Numbered from the whole stretch's first letter, positions 37,930 to 51,318 are shown. The stretch is DNA of 63,815 nt, filler included, from Octopus bimaculoides (GCF_001194135.2; 4 parts of 4 records of this genome joined end to end with filler, not necessarily neighbours in it), one strand, 5' to 3'. A program made the numbers and translations. Notes: generated from the letters alone by a model not told the origin.

Positions 37930-38180
37930 TAAAAAGAACTTTTCCTCCACCACTTCCTCTTCCGGTCCTTCCACAATGTAACCTCGTGGACATCGGTGCT
38001 GATTTTTTCTTCCTCTGTTTCCCCCTTGTTTGAACTTTCCTTGTTTCCGACGAAAAGGCTCCGCCCGAAACGTCATGCTCTCTCTCTCTCTTTCCTTTCC
38101 CGAGCGTCTAGTAACACTATCCGTATCACGTCCTCACGTTGTTGTTTTTTGTTATTGTTTTTTGTCATCATTTTTTAACT
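37930..38180 (+). mobile_element. Probable Penelope-type terminal repeat remnant
   Basis: Pyrimidine-rich segment containing a minimal-hammerhead-like core, followed by a T-rich tail and TA/TG microsatellite. This layout is typical of Penelope pseudo-LTRs (inference). Confidence 0.45.
38041..38080 (+). ncRNA. Degenerate minimal type-I hammerhead ribozyme-like motif
   Basis: c[c]gacga (38047-38053; canonical CUGANGA) - aaa - ggc/tcc/gcc hairpin - c - gaaac (38067-38071) - gtc. Deviates at U4, at the first helix II pair and in helix I. Confidence 0.4.
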
Positions 38181-38389
38181 ATGTATGTATATATGTATAT
38201 ATGTATGTTTGTATGTATGTACGTATGTGTGTAGGTATGTATGTGTATGTATGCATATATGTATGTCTGTTTATTCATATATATATATATATGTATATGT
38301 ATTCTGCATATTCTAGTGCTTGTGTGTTCATGTTCATGTGTTTGTGTTTGTTTGTGTATTTGTGAGTTCGTGTGCGTTTGACGGAAAAT

Positions 38390-38782
38390 TAAATACTGTA
38401 TCGGTTGAAGCGAAATTTGTCACTTAGTGAACCCGAAGGAACCAGAAAAAAGCCGTTAACAACAGAAAAATACAAAACCGTTGCAAAAGTAAATATGAAT
38501 TTTTTAGGGAAATTAACTAAGTGTACGGATTTACATGAAATTTTTGAAGTTACTTCTTTTAGTAAATTATGAATTTACTTTTTTCAGTAATTCTGTCATC
38601 ACAAAAAAATAAAAAGAAACGCAAAACTTTGCAAAAGTAAATAAGAAATGTGTAAGCAAATTTAACGAAGTAGGCAAATTTAGCAAGGGCGTCTGAAAAA
38701 TGAAAGTGAAAATAATAGAGAGCGAATGAGATATTGAGAGGGGAGAGAGGGAGAGCTAGCTAGTTAGACAAATAAGAGAGAT

Positions 38783-38837
<55 letters not shown>

Positions 38838-39182
38838 TAGAGATAAAAATGGATAGAGTGATAGAGAGTGATATAGACGTCACTGACGCTAGAAAACCGG
38901 AAGTAAATGTTTCTAAAAACTTTCAAATTCGTGAAGTAGTAAAAAAAGCAATATTGTTTTTTATGACCAATAGATATAAAGGAGACAATCAAATTCTGAA
39001 AGTTACTTCGGAAAGAGTTACCTCCCCTCTCCACGTTACCCACAAACGGGTGTTTTCTGCTTCCATGGGGTCCGTTACTCATTATGTGAAAACTTTTAAG
39101 AGTCTAAAACCATCCCTGTCACATAAGCAATGTATGTTCCCTGTTCGGAGAAAATCAGTTGAAAAATACGGCCGTTATAGTC

Positions 39183-39222
<40 letters not shown>

Positions 39223-39312
39223 NNNNNNNNNNAAACACACACACACTTGTCCATAAACACACACACACACACAAAGACACACACACACACAGAACGGGAT
39301 TTATATTATAGA
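38390..39312 (-). mobile_element. Possible non-autonomous Helitron-like element
   Basis: Minus strand starts a|TCtataatataaatccc at 39312, followed by (TG)n, a body, (GATA)n at 38783-38836 and ~170-bp degenerate subrepeats. No clear CTRR 3' end or hairpin found. Confidence 0.35.
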
Positions 39313-40732
39313 TGTACGTATGAGTAGGTGTATGATTAGATTTCCAGTGTATGATTAGATTCCCATAGCAATCGCTGATTATATATAGCTGAATGTTACA
39401 AACAAATTTAAGATTCTTGTTGTCTACTGTTTATTGCCTTCTAACAACATATCCCATGTTACAACTCTTGTCTATTCAATCAAGATTTGTAACAACTGGT
39501 CATTTTTTAAGAAGGCCTTAAACACCCACTCTTTGCATGATATAGATATTTATCAGAAGTCGATCTAGCAATCAATACTCATTTGTTTTGTTGCAAGAAA
39601 TATCAAATAGATCTTCAGTTCTCATTCTACCATTGTATAAAATGATGGACCTATTTGTATAATGTTATCCAACGAGCATTAATCTTCAAAATATTATTGT
39701 TCCGGACTGAATTTAGTTGACGTTAGCCTTCCAAAGATATGCCTGAGCTGAATTACATAGCAATAACAAAGATCAGCTGAATATACACGTATGTATATAT
39801 GTATGTACGTATGAATATATGCATGTATATATTATTGAACGCTATTTCAGTCGCTCAGACCTGTACATTGCGTTGCAAAGTATTCTGTCATCTCTGTTTA
39901 TCTCACATAAATTAACAATTATTAAGTTTGATACACCTCTGACATAATGTTGTATTGATGTTTATTGTGTTATAATGCACAAGATGTAAAGTGATTAGAT
40001 GTTTGTTGCATTATAAACACATGGCATATGCTTGTACAAAAACAAATAGTAGTTTCTCATTATTAGATGAGACTGACATTCCTCAAAAAGACATTGATTA
40101 GTAGAAATTGGGATACCTTTCCTTGATCCCATAAATCCTATTGGAATCGCATGGGTTCCATTGTGACATACACTGTGTTTAACATACTATAAAGTTTAGA
40201 AGAACGCATCGCTTTCTAGGTCTAAATGTAAAAAATCGATTCACATACTGGCATGGTACTTTCTTTATTGACCCTGAAGAGATAGAAGGTAAATCTGACT
40301 TAGGTAGTATTTGAATTCAGAAAATTGAAAATCTGAATAGACATATTAGATGGGAATATATATTCATGCCTTCTAGAAATTTTATAGGAAGAGCGAAAGA
40401 GGTGGAATATCTTATAGAAAACTCAATCAAACATCTTGATGACTTTGCTATCCACTCACATCTAGAAACAAGATATATATATATTCCTTCTCGACTTACG
40501 ACCATTCGCACTTACCACCACAAAAAATAAAGAAATAAAAAAATTATTATTCAAAAAATCAATTTTCGGACATTAGGCAGGTGCGAGTACAATACCTACG
40601 GAAGTATCTGGCAATGCAGGCCTCCCTCAGTCAGACCCAAGCATCCACTGCCTGCCACTCAATTGCTTTCAAGTAACAGTTGCGTTTGAATGAAAATAGT
40701 GTTGAAAAATATAAATTCAACATACGACAAGA

Positions 40733-40778
40733 TCGACTTACGACCTGTTTGTTGGAATTGAAATTGGTCGTAAGTCGA
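40733..40778. repeat. Perfect 13-bp inverted repeat with 20-nt spacer, resembling Tigger/pogo TIR cores
   Basis: tcgacttacgacc (40733-40745) and ggtcgtaagtcga (40766-40778). Confidence 0.5.
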
Positions 40779-42126
40779 GGAGAAGGTGTATTTATTTTGA
40801 TTAAACATACACGAGATATTTTGAATGGAAGAAGTATATATAGATATTATAAAACTAACTATAAGAATATTCAAGACATTTCAAACACCAAAATGAATAG
40901 AATGGTAAAACTAACTGAAAAAGCAAGGAAAATGAGTCGGTGAGTATGAATATTTGTAAAGAATAATAACGGTAGATGTGAAGTCGTCCAAAGAAATAAA
41001 TTTTATATTGCAGTAGTTATTGTGGCTTCACCAAAATTAAATAATACTGGGTAAAAATTATTTTTCAAAAATGTTGGCAACAATTTTCTTTTTAATGTAA
41101 AGTACACGATCTGGATGTGAATCACAGACGTTAGGAGAGGGGAATGAGAGAAAAAAATTGTGTTGAAATGAAATTTTATAGAATGTTGCTTTGTATTCAA
41201 TTTACAGAACATTGAACTTATGAGAGTGTAAGAAAAGAAATTGTTGGAAATGCAGCTAAATTAGAAGCTCTTCTGTCGTTTATCAAAACGTACAGGTGAA
41301 GTGGTTTAGTCTTTCAATATGACACCGCGATATTCTGACACTTACGAATAAGTGCCGATAAACCTCTGGTAAAGAGGTACAGGAAGGCTGAATCGTAAGT
41401 GGTTGATAAGCACAAATAATAGAAGAGGGGAGGACGAGAGTTAAGCTGAAGATCGCTAATGGCCGGTAAAGATAGGAAAAGTTTGTGTCACTTATTTTGC
41501 ACCTACGGCCGCTGAAGACTAAATATTCATTGGTTAACTTCTTATATTCGGACGGAATGAAAATACAAATTTACGCATAACAGACATAATCAATGAAAGG
41601 TGCCAGACTAGCGGGAAATTTTCCCAGAAGAATATTGAGCGGCTATCCACGATTACATTTTAGATTCGTTGTAGCCTCGTTCATATTTAGTTGGTATTTA
41701 GATATTCAAATAGTCTTTAAATCGACCGAAAACGAGACATATAATATTTTAGAAGTCTCACAATAACCAGGTCGCAGACGAAATCCACTAAACGGTCTGC
41801 AAATCATGCACACTCTATGCTACGCCATTGCCTGCGGGATATAAATACAATGAACAGGACACTCCATAAGTTTGTTATTGTGGTAAAGAAAAAATACATT
41901 ATATATCTCAATTCAATAGAAGAAATAGCATTTCGAATAAACGAAAATCAACGACTGAAATGGAAAGCAATAACAATACACGACCTACATTCAAATGCAA
42001 GTGCATTATAGCGTCAGAAAAAGATACAAGTATATAAGAGTTAAAACCATAGGTAGTTGTTTTCGAAAAGAAAAACATAAACCTAAAGAAAGCAGTGCAA
42101 ATATGAAAATTTGAATGGATACGTAT

Positions 42127-42240
<114 letters not shown>

Positions 42241-44552
42241 GGAACGAGTTCATTTCAGTTAAAGAGGAAACTACAAATAAGCGTACGATGAAGAGAAGTG
42301 AATCTATCTTATCCCGGGATATCTTTATTAAGGAAGAGAATGGCAAAAGATGACTGGTAAAAAAAAAAAAGAAAAACTTCTGGAACGTGGACAGATCTCA
42401 GGTACCTGATTTTGGGATTGCCGAATTCTGCATAGTATTTGCTGTTTGTTTACTTCGGTTCTGTGATTTTTACTCATATATCATTCATCCGCCACCGTGG
42501 TTGAATACATTCTTAAGTTCACCATTTCGTCAATCGCAGCAGATTCCAAGCTTCGTCACTAATTCAGTTCTCAACTAAATTGCAAACTGTTAATAGTTTT
42601 AAAGAGGACGCCTCCTGAGCTACACTTTGGCATAAATAGTTTGAGATTTGGCTTGGCAGGAAAGACGTTACATCAAAATATCTGCGACCTCAAAGGGGGC
42701 AGTAAGGCAGATATTCATCTTCAATTAAAATATTTTTTTTTAATTTTAAATTAAAAATATGCTGTTCTTGGGCTGAAATGATAGAAAAATGCACGAGAAA
42801 TTCAGAACCGCTAGTTGCATTGAGCAAAAATTACTAGAGAAAGTGTTGAGGTAAAATTTTATGAAATTTCATGTCAGTAAGTAAGGAAATAATACGCAAG
42901 TAACGCTTAGACAATAAGAATATTTCTAAAATGAATGCTGATATTCTACGGCGGCCAGCTGGTAGAAACGTTAACACGCCAGGGGCAATGCTTAATGGTA
43001 CTTCGCCAGTCTTTATATTTGAGTTCAAATTTCACCGAGGTCCACTTCAATATTTTTTTTAACTGAATCTTTTCAAACTTCCGATACTGGTAGAATGTGT
43101 CACATAGAACAGGGTTTACTCTTAACGTTTTTGACAAAATTTTGTATTTTAGAAGTTATTTCGTCAGACGTTATAGCGTGACAATGGACAAATTCGTGTT
43201 TGATAAGTGCTAATAATACACGAAAATCTCAGCTTTTGACTTACTCTCTAACTTCTGCTGATATATATATATATATATATATATNNNNNNNNNNNNNNNN
43301 NNNNNNNNNNNNNNNNNNNNNNNNNNNNNNNNNNNNNNNNNNNNNNNNNNNNNNNNNNNNNNNNNNNNNNNNNNNNNNNNNNNNNNNNNNNNNNNNNNNN
43401 NNNNNNNNNNNNNNNNNNNNNNNNNNNNNNNNNNNNNNNNNNNNNNNNNNNNNNNNNNNNNNNNNNNNNNNNNNNNNNNNNNNNNNNNNNNNNNNNNNNN
43501 NNNNNNNNNNNNNNNNNNNNNNNNNNNNNNNNNNNNNNNNNNNNNNNNNNNNNNNNNNNNNNNNNNNNNNNNNNNNNNNNNNNNNNNNNNNNNNNNNNNN
43601 NNNNNNNNNNNNNNNNNNNNNNNNNNNNNNNNNNNNNNNNNNNNNNNNNNNNNNNNNNNNNNNNNNNNNNNNNNNNNNNNNNNNNNNNNNNNNNNNNNNN
43701 NNNNNNNNNNNNNNNNNNNNNNNNNNNNNNNNNNNNNNNNNNNNNNNNNNNNNNNNNNNNNNNNNNNNNNNNNNNNNNNNNNNNNNNNNNNNNNNNNNNN
43801 NNNNNNNNNNNNNNNNNNNNNNNNNNNNNNNNNNNNNNNNNNNNNNNNNNNNNNNNNNNNNNNNNNNNNNNNNNNNNNNNNNNNNNNNNNNNNNNNNNNN
43901 NNNNNNNNNNNNNNNNNNNNNNNNNNNNNNNNNNNNNNNNNNNNNNNNNNNNNNNNNNNNNNNNNNNNNNNNNNNNNNNNNNNNNNNNNNNNNNNNNNNN
44001 NNNNNNNNNNGATTTGAGACTAAATAACAACATTATGGTAAATTTCTATATTAACACACGCAGGATTTTCACTTAGAAGAAAAAAAAATGATTTTTTTGC
44101 GTGGAATCAAGTACCCTGACCTCCTAATATGCTGCAAATCCCTTATTTTTGTTCAGAAAAAATGAGGGGTTCCCACCAATCCCGGAATCATCGGAATTTT
44201 TTTCGCTGAATGAATTCCTGTGACCTCCTAATATTGTAAAATTCGGTTAATTATTATGAGCCTGGTAACTGATGGTTTCGGGCTCTTGTTGTTTGTAACT
44301 TTTGGTGAGCCATGGTGCAACCAACAACATGGTAAAAATCCCTGCCATTAATTTGGTGTGGATGGGTAATATCAAATAATTCAATCACTACATATATTTA
44401 AATCAAACATGAAAAAAATTGAAATATTATCACCCCTTACATGGAAAAATTAAAATATTATCTTGCAGTATTTTATAAGATAAATTTTAAATTATTAATT
44501 GACACATTATTAATTATCTTATAACAGCAATTCCGGGAAAAATCATGGATTA

Positions 44553-45064
44553 CATTGGAAAATGCGAGCATGAAATATAATATTCTTAAGATTATAAAGC
44601 TGGAAAAGTACAGGACAAATTATTACATCTGTAAAAGTATAGGACAAGCTATTTACTTCTAGTAAAGTAAAGAATAAGAAACCTTTTCATAAAATATTGC
44701 AGCAAAGAATGCCAGTTCTTCTAATTTATCACTCTTTACAGTTCTCATTTTTAAAATTAATGTACAAAACTGTTCATCTAATTTGTAAGTTTGTCCAGTT
44801 AGTCACATTTTTCTGTTTTTAGGGTAGTAAATAAGCTAAATTCTACTTAAATAAGTATAGTGCTATTTGAAAACTATAATAAAATAAGTTTTAATATTCA
44901 ATTTTTTATTTTAGCTGCAATATGTTAAGTTAAAAGTTTCTTATTCTTTATTTTGCTAGAAGTAATAGCTTGTTCTATACTTTTACAGGTGTAATGTCTT
45001 GTCCTGTACTTTTCTAGCTTTATAATCTTAAGAATATTACTTTTCATGCTCGCATTTTCCCATG
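44553..45064. mobile_element. 512-bp foldback MITE with ~150-bp TIRs and TA TSD
   Basis: ta|cattggaaaatgcgagcatg...atattgcagc (to 44703) vs gctgcaatat...catgctcgcattttcccatg|ta (from 44914). About 90% identical over the outer ~130 bp. Confidence 0.8.
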
Positions 45065-45109
<45 letters not shown>

Positions 45110-46334
45110 NNNNNNNNNNNNNNNNNNNNNNNNNNNNNNNNNNNNNNNNNNNNNNNNNNNNNNNNNNNNNNNNNNNNNNNNNNNNNNNNNNNNNNNNNNN
45201 NNNNNNNNNNNNNNNNNNNNNNNNNNNNNNNNNNNNNNNNNNNNNNNNNNNNNNNNNNNNNNNNNNNNNNNNNNNNNNNNNNNNNNNNNNNNNNNNNNNN
45301 NNNNNNNNNNNNNNNNNNNNNNNNNNNNNNNNNNNNNNNNNNNNNNNNNNNNNNNNNNNNNNNNNNNNNNNNNNNNNNNNNNNNNNNNNNNNNNNNNNNN
45401 NNNNNNNNNNNNNNNNNNNNNNNNNNNNNNNNNNNNNNNNNNNNNNNNNNNNNNNNNNNNNNNNNNNNNNNNNNNNNNNNNNNNNNNNNNNNNNNNNNNN
45501 NNNNNNNNNNNNNNNNNNNNNNNNNNNNNNNNNNNNNNNNNNNNNNNNNNNNNNNNNNNNNNNNNNNNNNNNNNNNNNNNNNNNNNNNNNNNNNNNNNNN
45601 NNNNNNNNNNNNNNNNNNNNNNNNNNNNNNNNNNNNNNNNNNNNNNNNNNNNNNNNNNNNNNNNNNNNNNNNNNNNNNNNNNNNNNNNNNNNNNNNNNNN
45701 NNNNNNNNNNNNNNNNNNNNNNNNNNNNNNNNNNNNNNNNNNNNNNNNNNNNNNNNNNNNNNNNNNNNNNNNNNNNNNNNNNNNNNNNNNNNNNNNNNNN
45801 NNNNNNNNNNNNNNNNNNNNNNNNNNNNNNNNNNNNNNNNNGGGGGGGGGGCGGAGTGTATGTGTGTGTGTTTGTGTGTATGTGTATGAATGCGTGAATG
45901 TGTGTCGGAAATTCATGCGAGCATACTGTTATCATCATCATCATCCATCTGGTCGTGCTTAGAGTACGGATAGCCGTGACTCGTCTGTTCGATCCGCACC
46001 ATTGCACATGATAGGTCTATCCTTATCAAGGTAACTCATAACATTTTGAATTCAAAGCGAACTTATATTATAGCCATTTATTATATAATTTTATAGCCAT
46101 TTATAACAGCTCGAATTCAAGCTGTTATAAATTACCTTGCTAGCATTGTGTTCACATAAATTTCAGATATACTAAATTTTACATTCCATCCAATACAGAT
46201 CGATTATATGCTAACACAATAGAAACAATCACTGGTCCTGTATGATGTAATCCTCAAGTAAAGATGTAGTATTCTCCATTCTTGTAAATGTTGTTAAGTA
46301 TACTCAAATTCTCTTGAACTTCTTCTAGGACTTA

Positions 46335-46595
46335 TTCTTTGTAAGCCGAGTACTTATTCTATCGTTTACTTTTACCGAATCACTAAATTACGGGGACGTA
46401 AACACACCAACATCGGTTGTGAAGCGATGGTAGGGAATTCCTTCAGTTTCCGTCTACCAAATCCACTCACAAGGCTTTAGCCGGCCCGAGGCTATAGCAG
46501 AAGATACTTTCCCAAGATGGCACGCAGTGGTACTGAACCTGGAACCATGATGTTTTGAAGCAAGCTTCTTACCACACAGTCACTTCTGCGCCTAT
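46335..46595 (-). mobile_element. SINE family B copy lacking the internal microsatellite
   Basis: Head and 3' body are joined directly (gaaggaattccctaccatcgc on minus). Confidence 0.8.
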
Positions 46596-47340
46596 ATATA
46601 TATATACTTCAGACATTTTTGCGCGCGCATGAATGTGTGCGAGCGTGTTGCGCGTGTATGAGAGCGTGTATGCGTGTATATATGTATACTTTTTGGTGAA
46701 TGTGTGGGTGAGCATGTTCGTGCATTGAAGTCTCCGTAACCTAGCGGTTTGGCAAAACGGAATGATAGAATAATCACTAAGCTTAATAAGTAAGTCCTGG
46801 AGTCGATTTACTCCACTAAAACCCTTCAAGTCAGTGCCCCAGCATGGTCACAGTCAAATGAGGGTGGATGAGTATATACATATAGGTGCAGGTACGTGGC
46901 TGTGCGCCGCGCATGTGCATGTATGGACTGGTGCGCTTACGCGAATACTATGGATATTTTTACTCCCTTACCTTTACCCCCCTCCCCTCACTTAGCAGTC
47001 ATTCCAATAGCTCTTTTGTCTTAATAACGGTCAGTCACACAGTGACTTCCCATTGTTTAACGGTCATTTTCATACCATTTTCCGATGGCCAGATAACCGA
47101 AGAGATGGCGGCGTGGGTTTCCGCCCCGACATCCAAAACTCGGAGTTTTATCATGGCAACCGAATAATTGTCGCATATTATTTACAGATAAATTCCTCTA
47201 TTTACATAATACCGAGGTCGCTTTCTTTCTTTTGTTGTCTTACCTTTTCTATCAATATATANNNNNNNNNNNNNNNNNNNNNNNNNNNNNNNNNNNNNNN
47301 NNNNNNNNNNNNNNNNNNNNNNNNNNNNNNNNNNNNNNAT

Positions 47341-48260
47341 ATATACATGAGGAAGTAGAACAATCTTTTGATCAGGAGTACAAGAAATATGTTATTAAAA
47401 AGTGAAAACGCTTCCTTGATGATTGTTTCATCCTCTAGGACAATTCGAATGAAGATCTAACTATATTTAACAATATACTGAACACACTTCACCCATCCAT
47501 CAAATTCACGATAGAATCCAGATGCAATGAATTACCATTCTTGGATATCCACATAAAAATACAGAACCTCACAGTCACAACAGACATATATTACAAAAAC
47601 ACTGACACACACCAATATTTAAATTTCTACTCTTGCCATCCATCGCACATCAAAAGAAACATTCCATACAGCATGGCGAGAAACATCTGTACTATAGTGA
47701 ATGACCCCAAAATAAGTGAAATCCGACTAAACGATCTCAAAGGCTTCCTTACAATGCAGAAATACCCCTTGGGATTAATTAATGGAGGAACTAAAAAGAC
47801 GATGAAACTGAACATTACCCAACTACAGACACCTAAGGAAAAAGTTAATGAAAACACGATTCCGTTCATTAACACACACAGTCCTGGAATAATCAATATC
47901 TTTCACGCCATAAAATCGAACTTACTCCTGCAAAGGCCCAAAATGAAAAATCTGATTGAAAAAACACCTTACAGAATTGCAGACGTCAATCAAAACGTCT
48001 TAAAAATCACCTCACAAGGGCAGAATTCAAATCAGAGAATGAATCAGAATTGTTAGTAAAAGAATGTGGAGATAGGAGGTGTGGAACATGCAACAACATC
48101 AACAACTTCAAATAGCTGGTAAGTGGTTCCAACATAAAATTCAAGAGCGGATCCTTTTTCAGAATAAATGCAGATATGAACTGCAAAACGCAAAACATCA
48201 TATACTGCATTACCTGTCCAAACTGCGAAGAAAAATTACATTGACAGAAAACATGTTTTA
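47341..48260 (+). mobile_element. Penelope-like element: RT C-terminus and GIY-YIG remnant
   Basis: KRFLDDCFI..LNTLHPSIKFTIE..LPFLDI..TDIYYKNTDTHQYLNFYSCHPSHIKRNIPYSMARNICTIV..KYP; later CG..RCGTC and NCKTQNIIYCITCPNCEE[N]YI. Confidence 0.9.
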
Positions 48261-49549
48261 TATAAATGAACAAGCTGTTTGTACGTTCACAAAATTTTAT
48301 TTCACAAGTTCAAGAAAGGAACGAAAGCGTTAATAACAATGAAGAAATAAAAAGATTTTTTCCGAAATTCTGAAGGCTTTTTNNNNNNNNNNNNNNNNNN
48401 NNNNNNNNNNNNNNNNNNNNNNNNNNNNNNNNNNNNNNNNNNNNNNNNNNNNNNNNNNNNNNNNNNNNNNNNNNNNNNNNNNNNNNNNNNNNNNNNNNNN
48501 NNNNNNNNNNNNNNNNNNNNNNNNNNNNNNNNNNNNNNNNNNNATATATATATATATATATATAAATATATCAAAACAAAAAATGGAACAAGAACGTAAT
48601 AGGCGACAACATAACATCCGGACAGTTAGACGATACAAAAAAGGAGAGGAACAAACAAGGACGGGTCATTCGGAGCTTTCGGTCATCAGTCGAGAAGCAG
48701 ATCGGCTTTGCAGCGTCGGCCGGTTAATCTCGAGACTACTCTAATCTGGCCGGACCCAAGAAAATCTGAGCTGAGTACAAAATTCTTTGGAAGAAAGCAA
48801 GCGAAAGTATATGACTCGCAAAAATATACATACATACATTCATACATATAAGTGTGTGTATTTATGTGTGTGTGCGTGTGTGCGTGTGTGGGTGTCCATG
48901 TTTATGTATTGTGTGAATGGAGGATATATAGAAAACAGTTTTCCTTTCAAGCCTATATAAAGACAAATCTCCTAGACAGTGTTCAACTTTAATCAATTAA
49001 TAATCAATTAATCAATGTTTTTTTTTTCTAATATTTCTTTAGTAATCTTTTATATTTAATTTTCAAAAATAACTTTCCTAATTCACTAAACGTTTCTAAT
49101 TATCATTGCCTTCATCTCCTGGATTAATAGTTGTTATTTATATATTTGTGTGCTTATTTTTTTTTTTGTTTTGTCTTGTTGTTTGTTAGTGCGTAGTTAC
49201 TAATAAATGAAACTATTGTTACAAATAAATTCAAAATCGTCATATGCATGTTTATATGTGTAGGAAAATTTCTACAAAAATATATAAACGCCTTCATTGT
49301 TCACACTTCAAAAATTCGGCAATACAAATGCCTCGAAGCAGACTTCATCTAAAGTACGGGTTAAGGGTTATTAGAATTATTGATCAATAGATGAAAGTAA
49401 TTGCTTCAAAATATAGAGCCAATAAAGAAATATCAAAAAAAAATTTATTATTAATAGAAATAGTGAATCGAAAACACTGTGCAAGAATAACACTCACACA
49501 TACATTTGCAAGATATATATACATACATACACACACACACACGCACATA

Positions 49550-49590
<41 letters not shown>

Positions 49591-49624
49591 NNNNNNNNNN
49601 NNNNNNNNNNNNNNNNNNTGTGTG

Positions 49625-49677
<53 letters not shown>

Positions 49678-49744
49678 GACTGGAATGTGTGGTACTATTT
49701 ACTACTATATTAATTCTGTGATACACGTGTTTCATTACAAGATA

Positions 49745-49987
49745 CTCTATTTATTTGTTTCTGCCATTTGACTGTGACCATGCTGGGGCACCGCCTTGAA
49801 GGGTTTTAGTGGAGCAAATCGACTCCAGGACTTACTTTTTAAGCTTAGTGATTATTCTAACATTCTGTTTTGCCAAACCACTAAGTTACGGAGACTTCAA
49901 TGCACGAACACCGGTTGTCAAGCGATGTTGAAGGGTGTGATTAACACCGAAACAAAAGCACATACACATATATACAAAGACACACAA

Positions 49988-50024
<37 letters not shown>

Positions 50025-50173
50025 CGACGGGCTTCTTTCAGTTTCCGTCGACCAAGTTGGTCGAACCCGAGGCTATAGCAGAAGACACTTGCGTAAGATG
50101 CCATGCAGTGGAACTGAACCCGGAACCATGTCGTTGCGAAGCAAGCTTCTTACCACACAGCCACGCCTGCGCT
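49745..50173 (-). mobile_element. SINE family B, near full length
   Basis: Reverse complement of the family B head, body and internal TA/CA tract. Confidence 0.85.
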
Positions 50174-50264
50174 TATAATGAGAAATGTATTTTATGAAAA
50201 TAAATATCAATTGTAATATGAATATAGTAAATTCATAAGAGAAATACACTAGTTTATTTCCCAG

Positions 50265-50524
50265 TCACATGGTCCCTGATTCAATCCTAATGCGGAGCAG
50301 ATCCCTGGTTCAGTCCTAATGCGGGGCCCCTTGGACGGGTGTCTTCTACTTTAACCTTGGTCTGGCCAAAGTAGTGTGAGTTAAATAAGCTCATCGTATA
50401 CATGTGTGCACGTGTGTATGTGAATGTGGTTATGTGTGTGTGTGATTGTGTGTGTGCAGGCGTTTCTTTGTGTCTCTGTTCGTTCCCCCACCACCGCTTG
50501 ACAACCGGTGTTGATGTGTTTACT
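50265..50524 (+). mobile_element. SINE family B, diverged and 3'-truncated
   Basis: Locally duplicated head, gtgtcttctact, TG tract, then cgcttgacaaccggtgttgatgtgtttac. Confidence 0.6.
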
Positions 50525-50854
50525 AAAAACCTCCCCTTACTTACCACAGACCCGAAAATGAACAATATCATTAATACACACAAAGTCCTTAAATGCAAAA
50601 GGCAACACAAATCTTTGAAAACATTAGTAACCAATTCCAAACTACATACACCACTTCCACCCCCATCAGTTCAAAAATGTGCACGCCCTAATTGTGGCAC
50701 CTGCCCCTACCTACTTGAAGGCTCTGAATTTACCTTCAAACGAGGAACAAAGTTTAAAATTAAAACCAATTTCTCTTGTTCCTCGGGTAACCTCATTTAT
50801 GTCCTTACTTGCGCAGGTTGCCAAAACTTCTATATCGGACAGACGAGCCTCCCA
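50525..50854 (+). mobile_element. Penelope GIY-YIG endonuclease fragment, stop-free, cut by gap
   Basis: KNLPLLTTDPKMNNII..KCKRQHKSLK..VQKCARPNCGTCPYLLEGSEF..NFSCSSGNLIYVLTCAGCQNFYIGQTS. Confidence 0.85.
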
Positions 50855-50953
50855 NNNNNNNNNNNNNNNNNNNNNNNNNNNNNNNNNNNNNNNNNNNNTT
50901 AATTAATTAANNNNNNNNNNNNNNNNNNNNNNNNNNNNNNNNNNNNNNNNNNN

Positions 50954-51318
50954 NGATTAGATCGACACCAGTATGCAACTGGTACTTAATTTATCGACCC
51001 AGAAAGGCCTTGTCGACCTTGGCAGAATTTGAACTCGGAACGTAAAGACATATGAAATACCGCTAAGTATTTCGCCCGGCGTGCTAACGTTTCTTATTTC
51101 TTTATTGCCCACAAGGGGCTAAACATAGAGGGGACAAACAAGGACAGACAAAAAGATTAATTCGACCCCAGTGCGTAACTGGTACTTAATTTATCGACCC
51201 CGAAAGAATGAAAGGCAAAGTTGAACTCGGTAGAATTTGAACTCAGAACGTAACGGCAGACGAAATACTGCTAAGCATTTCGCCCGGCGTGCTAACGTTT
51301 CTGCGAGCTCACCGCCTT
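50954..51318 (-). mobile_element. SINE family A dimer (3' end in gap)
   Basis: Two head-plus-core monomers separated by the linker ttgcccacaaggggctaaacatagaggggacaaacaaggacagacaa. Confidence 0.85.

Noticed and set aside
48670-48700. Minus-strand ctgatgaccgaaag as a hammerhead
   Set aside because: No room for a paired helix II between CUGAUGA and GAAA, and no helix III or cleavage triplet could be built.
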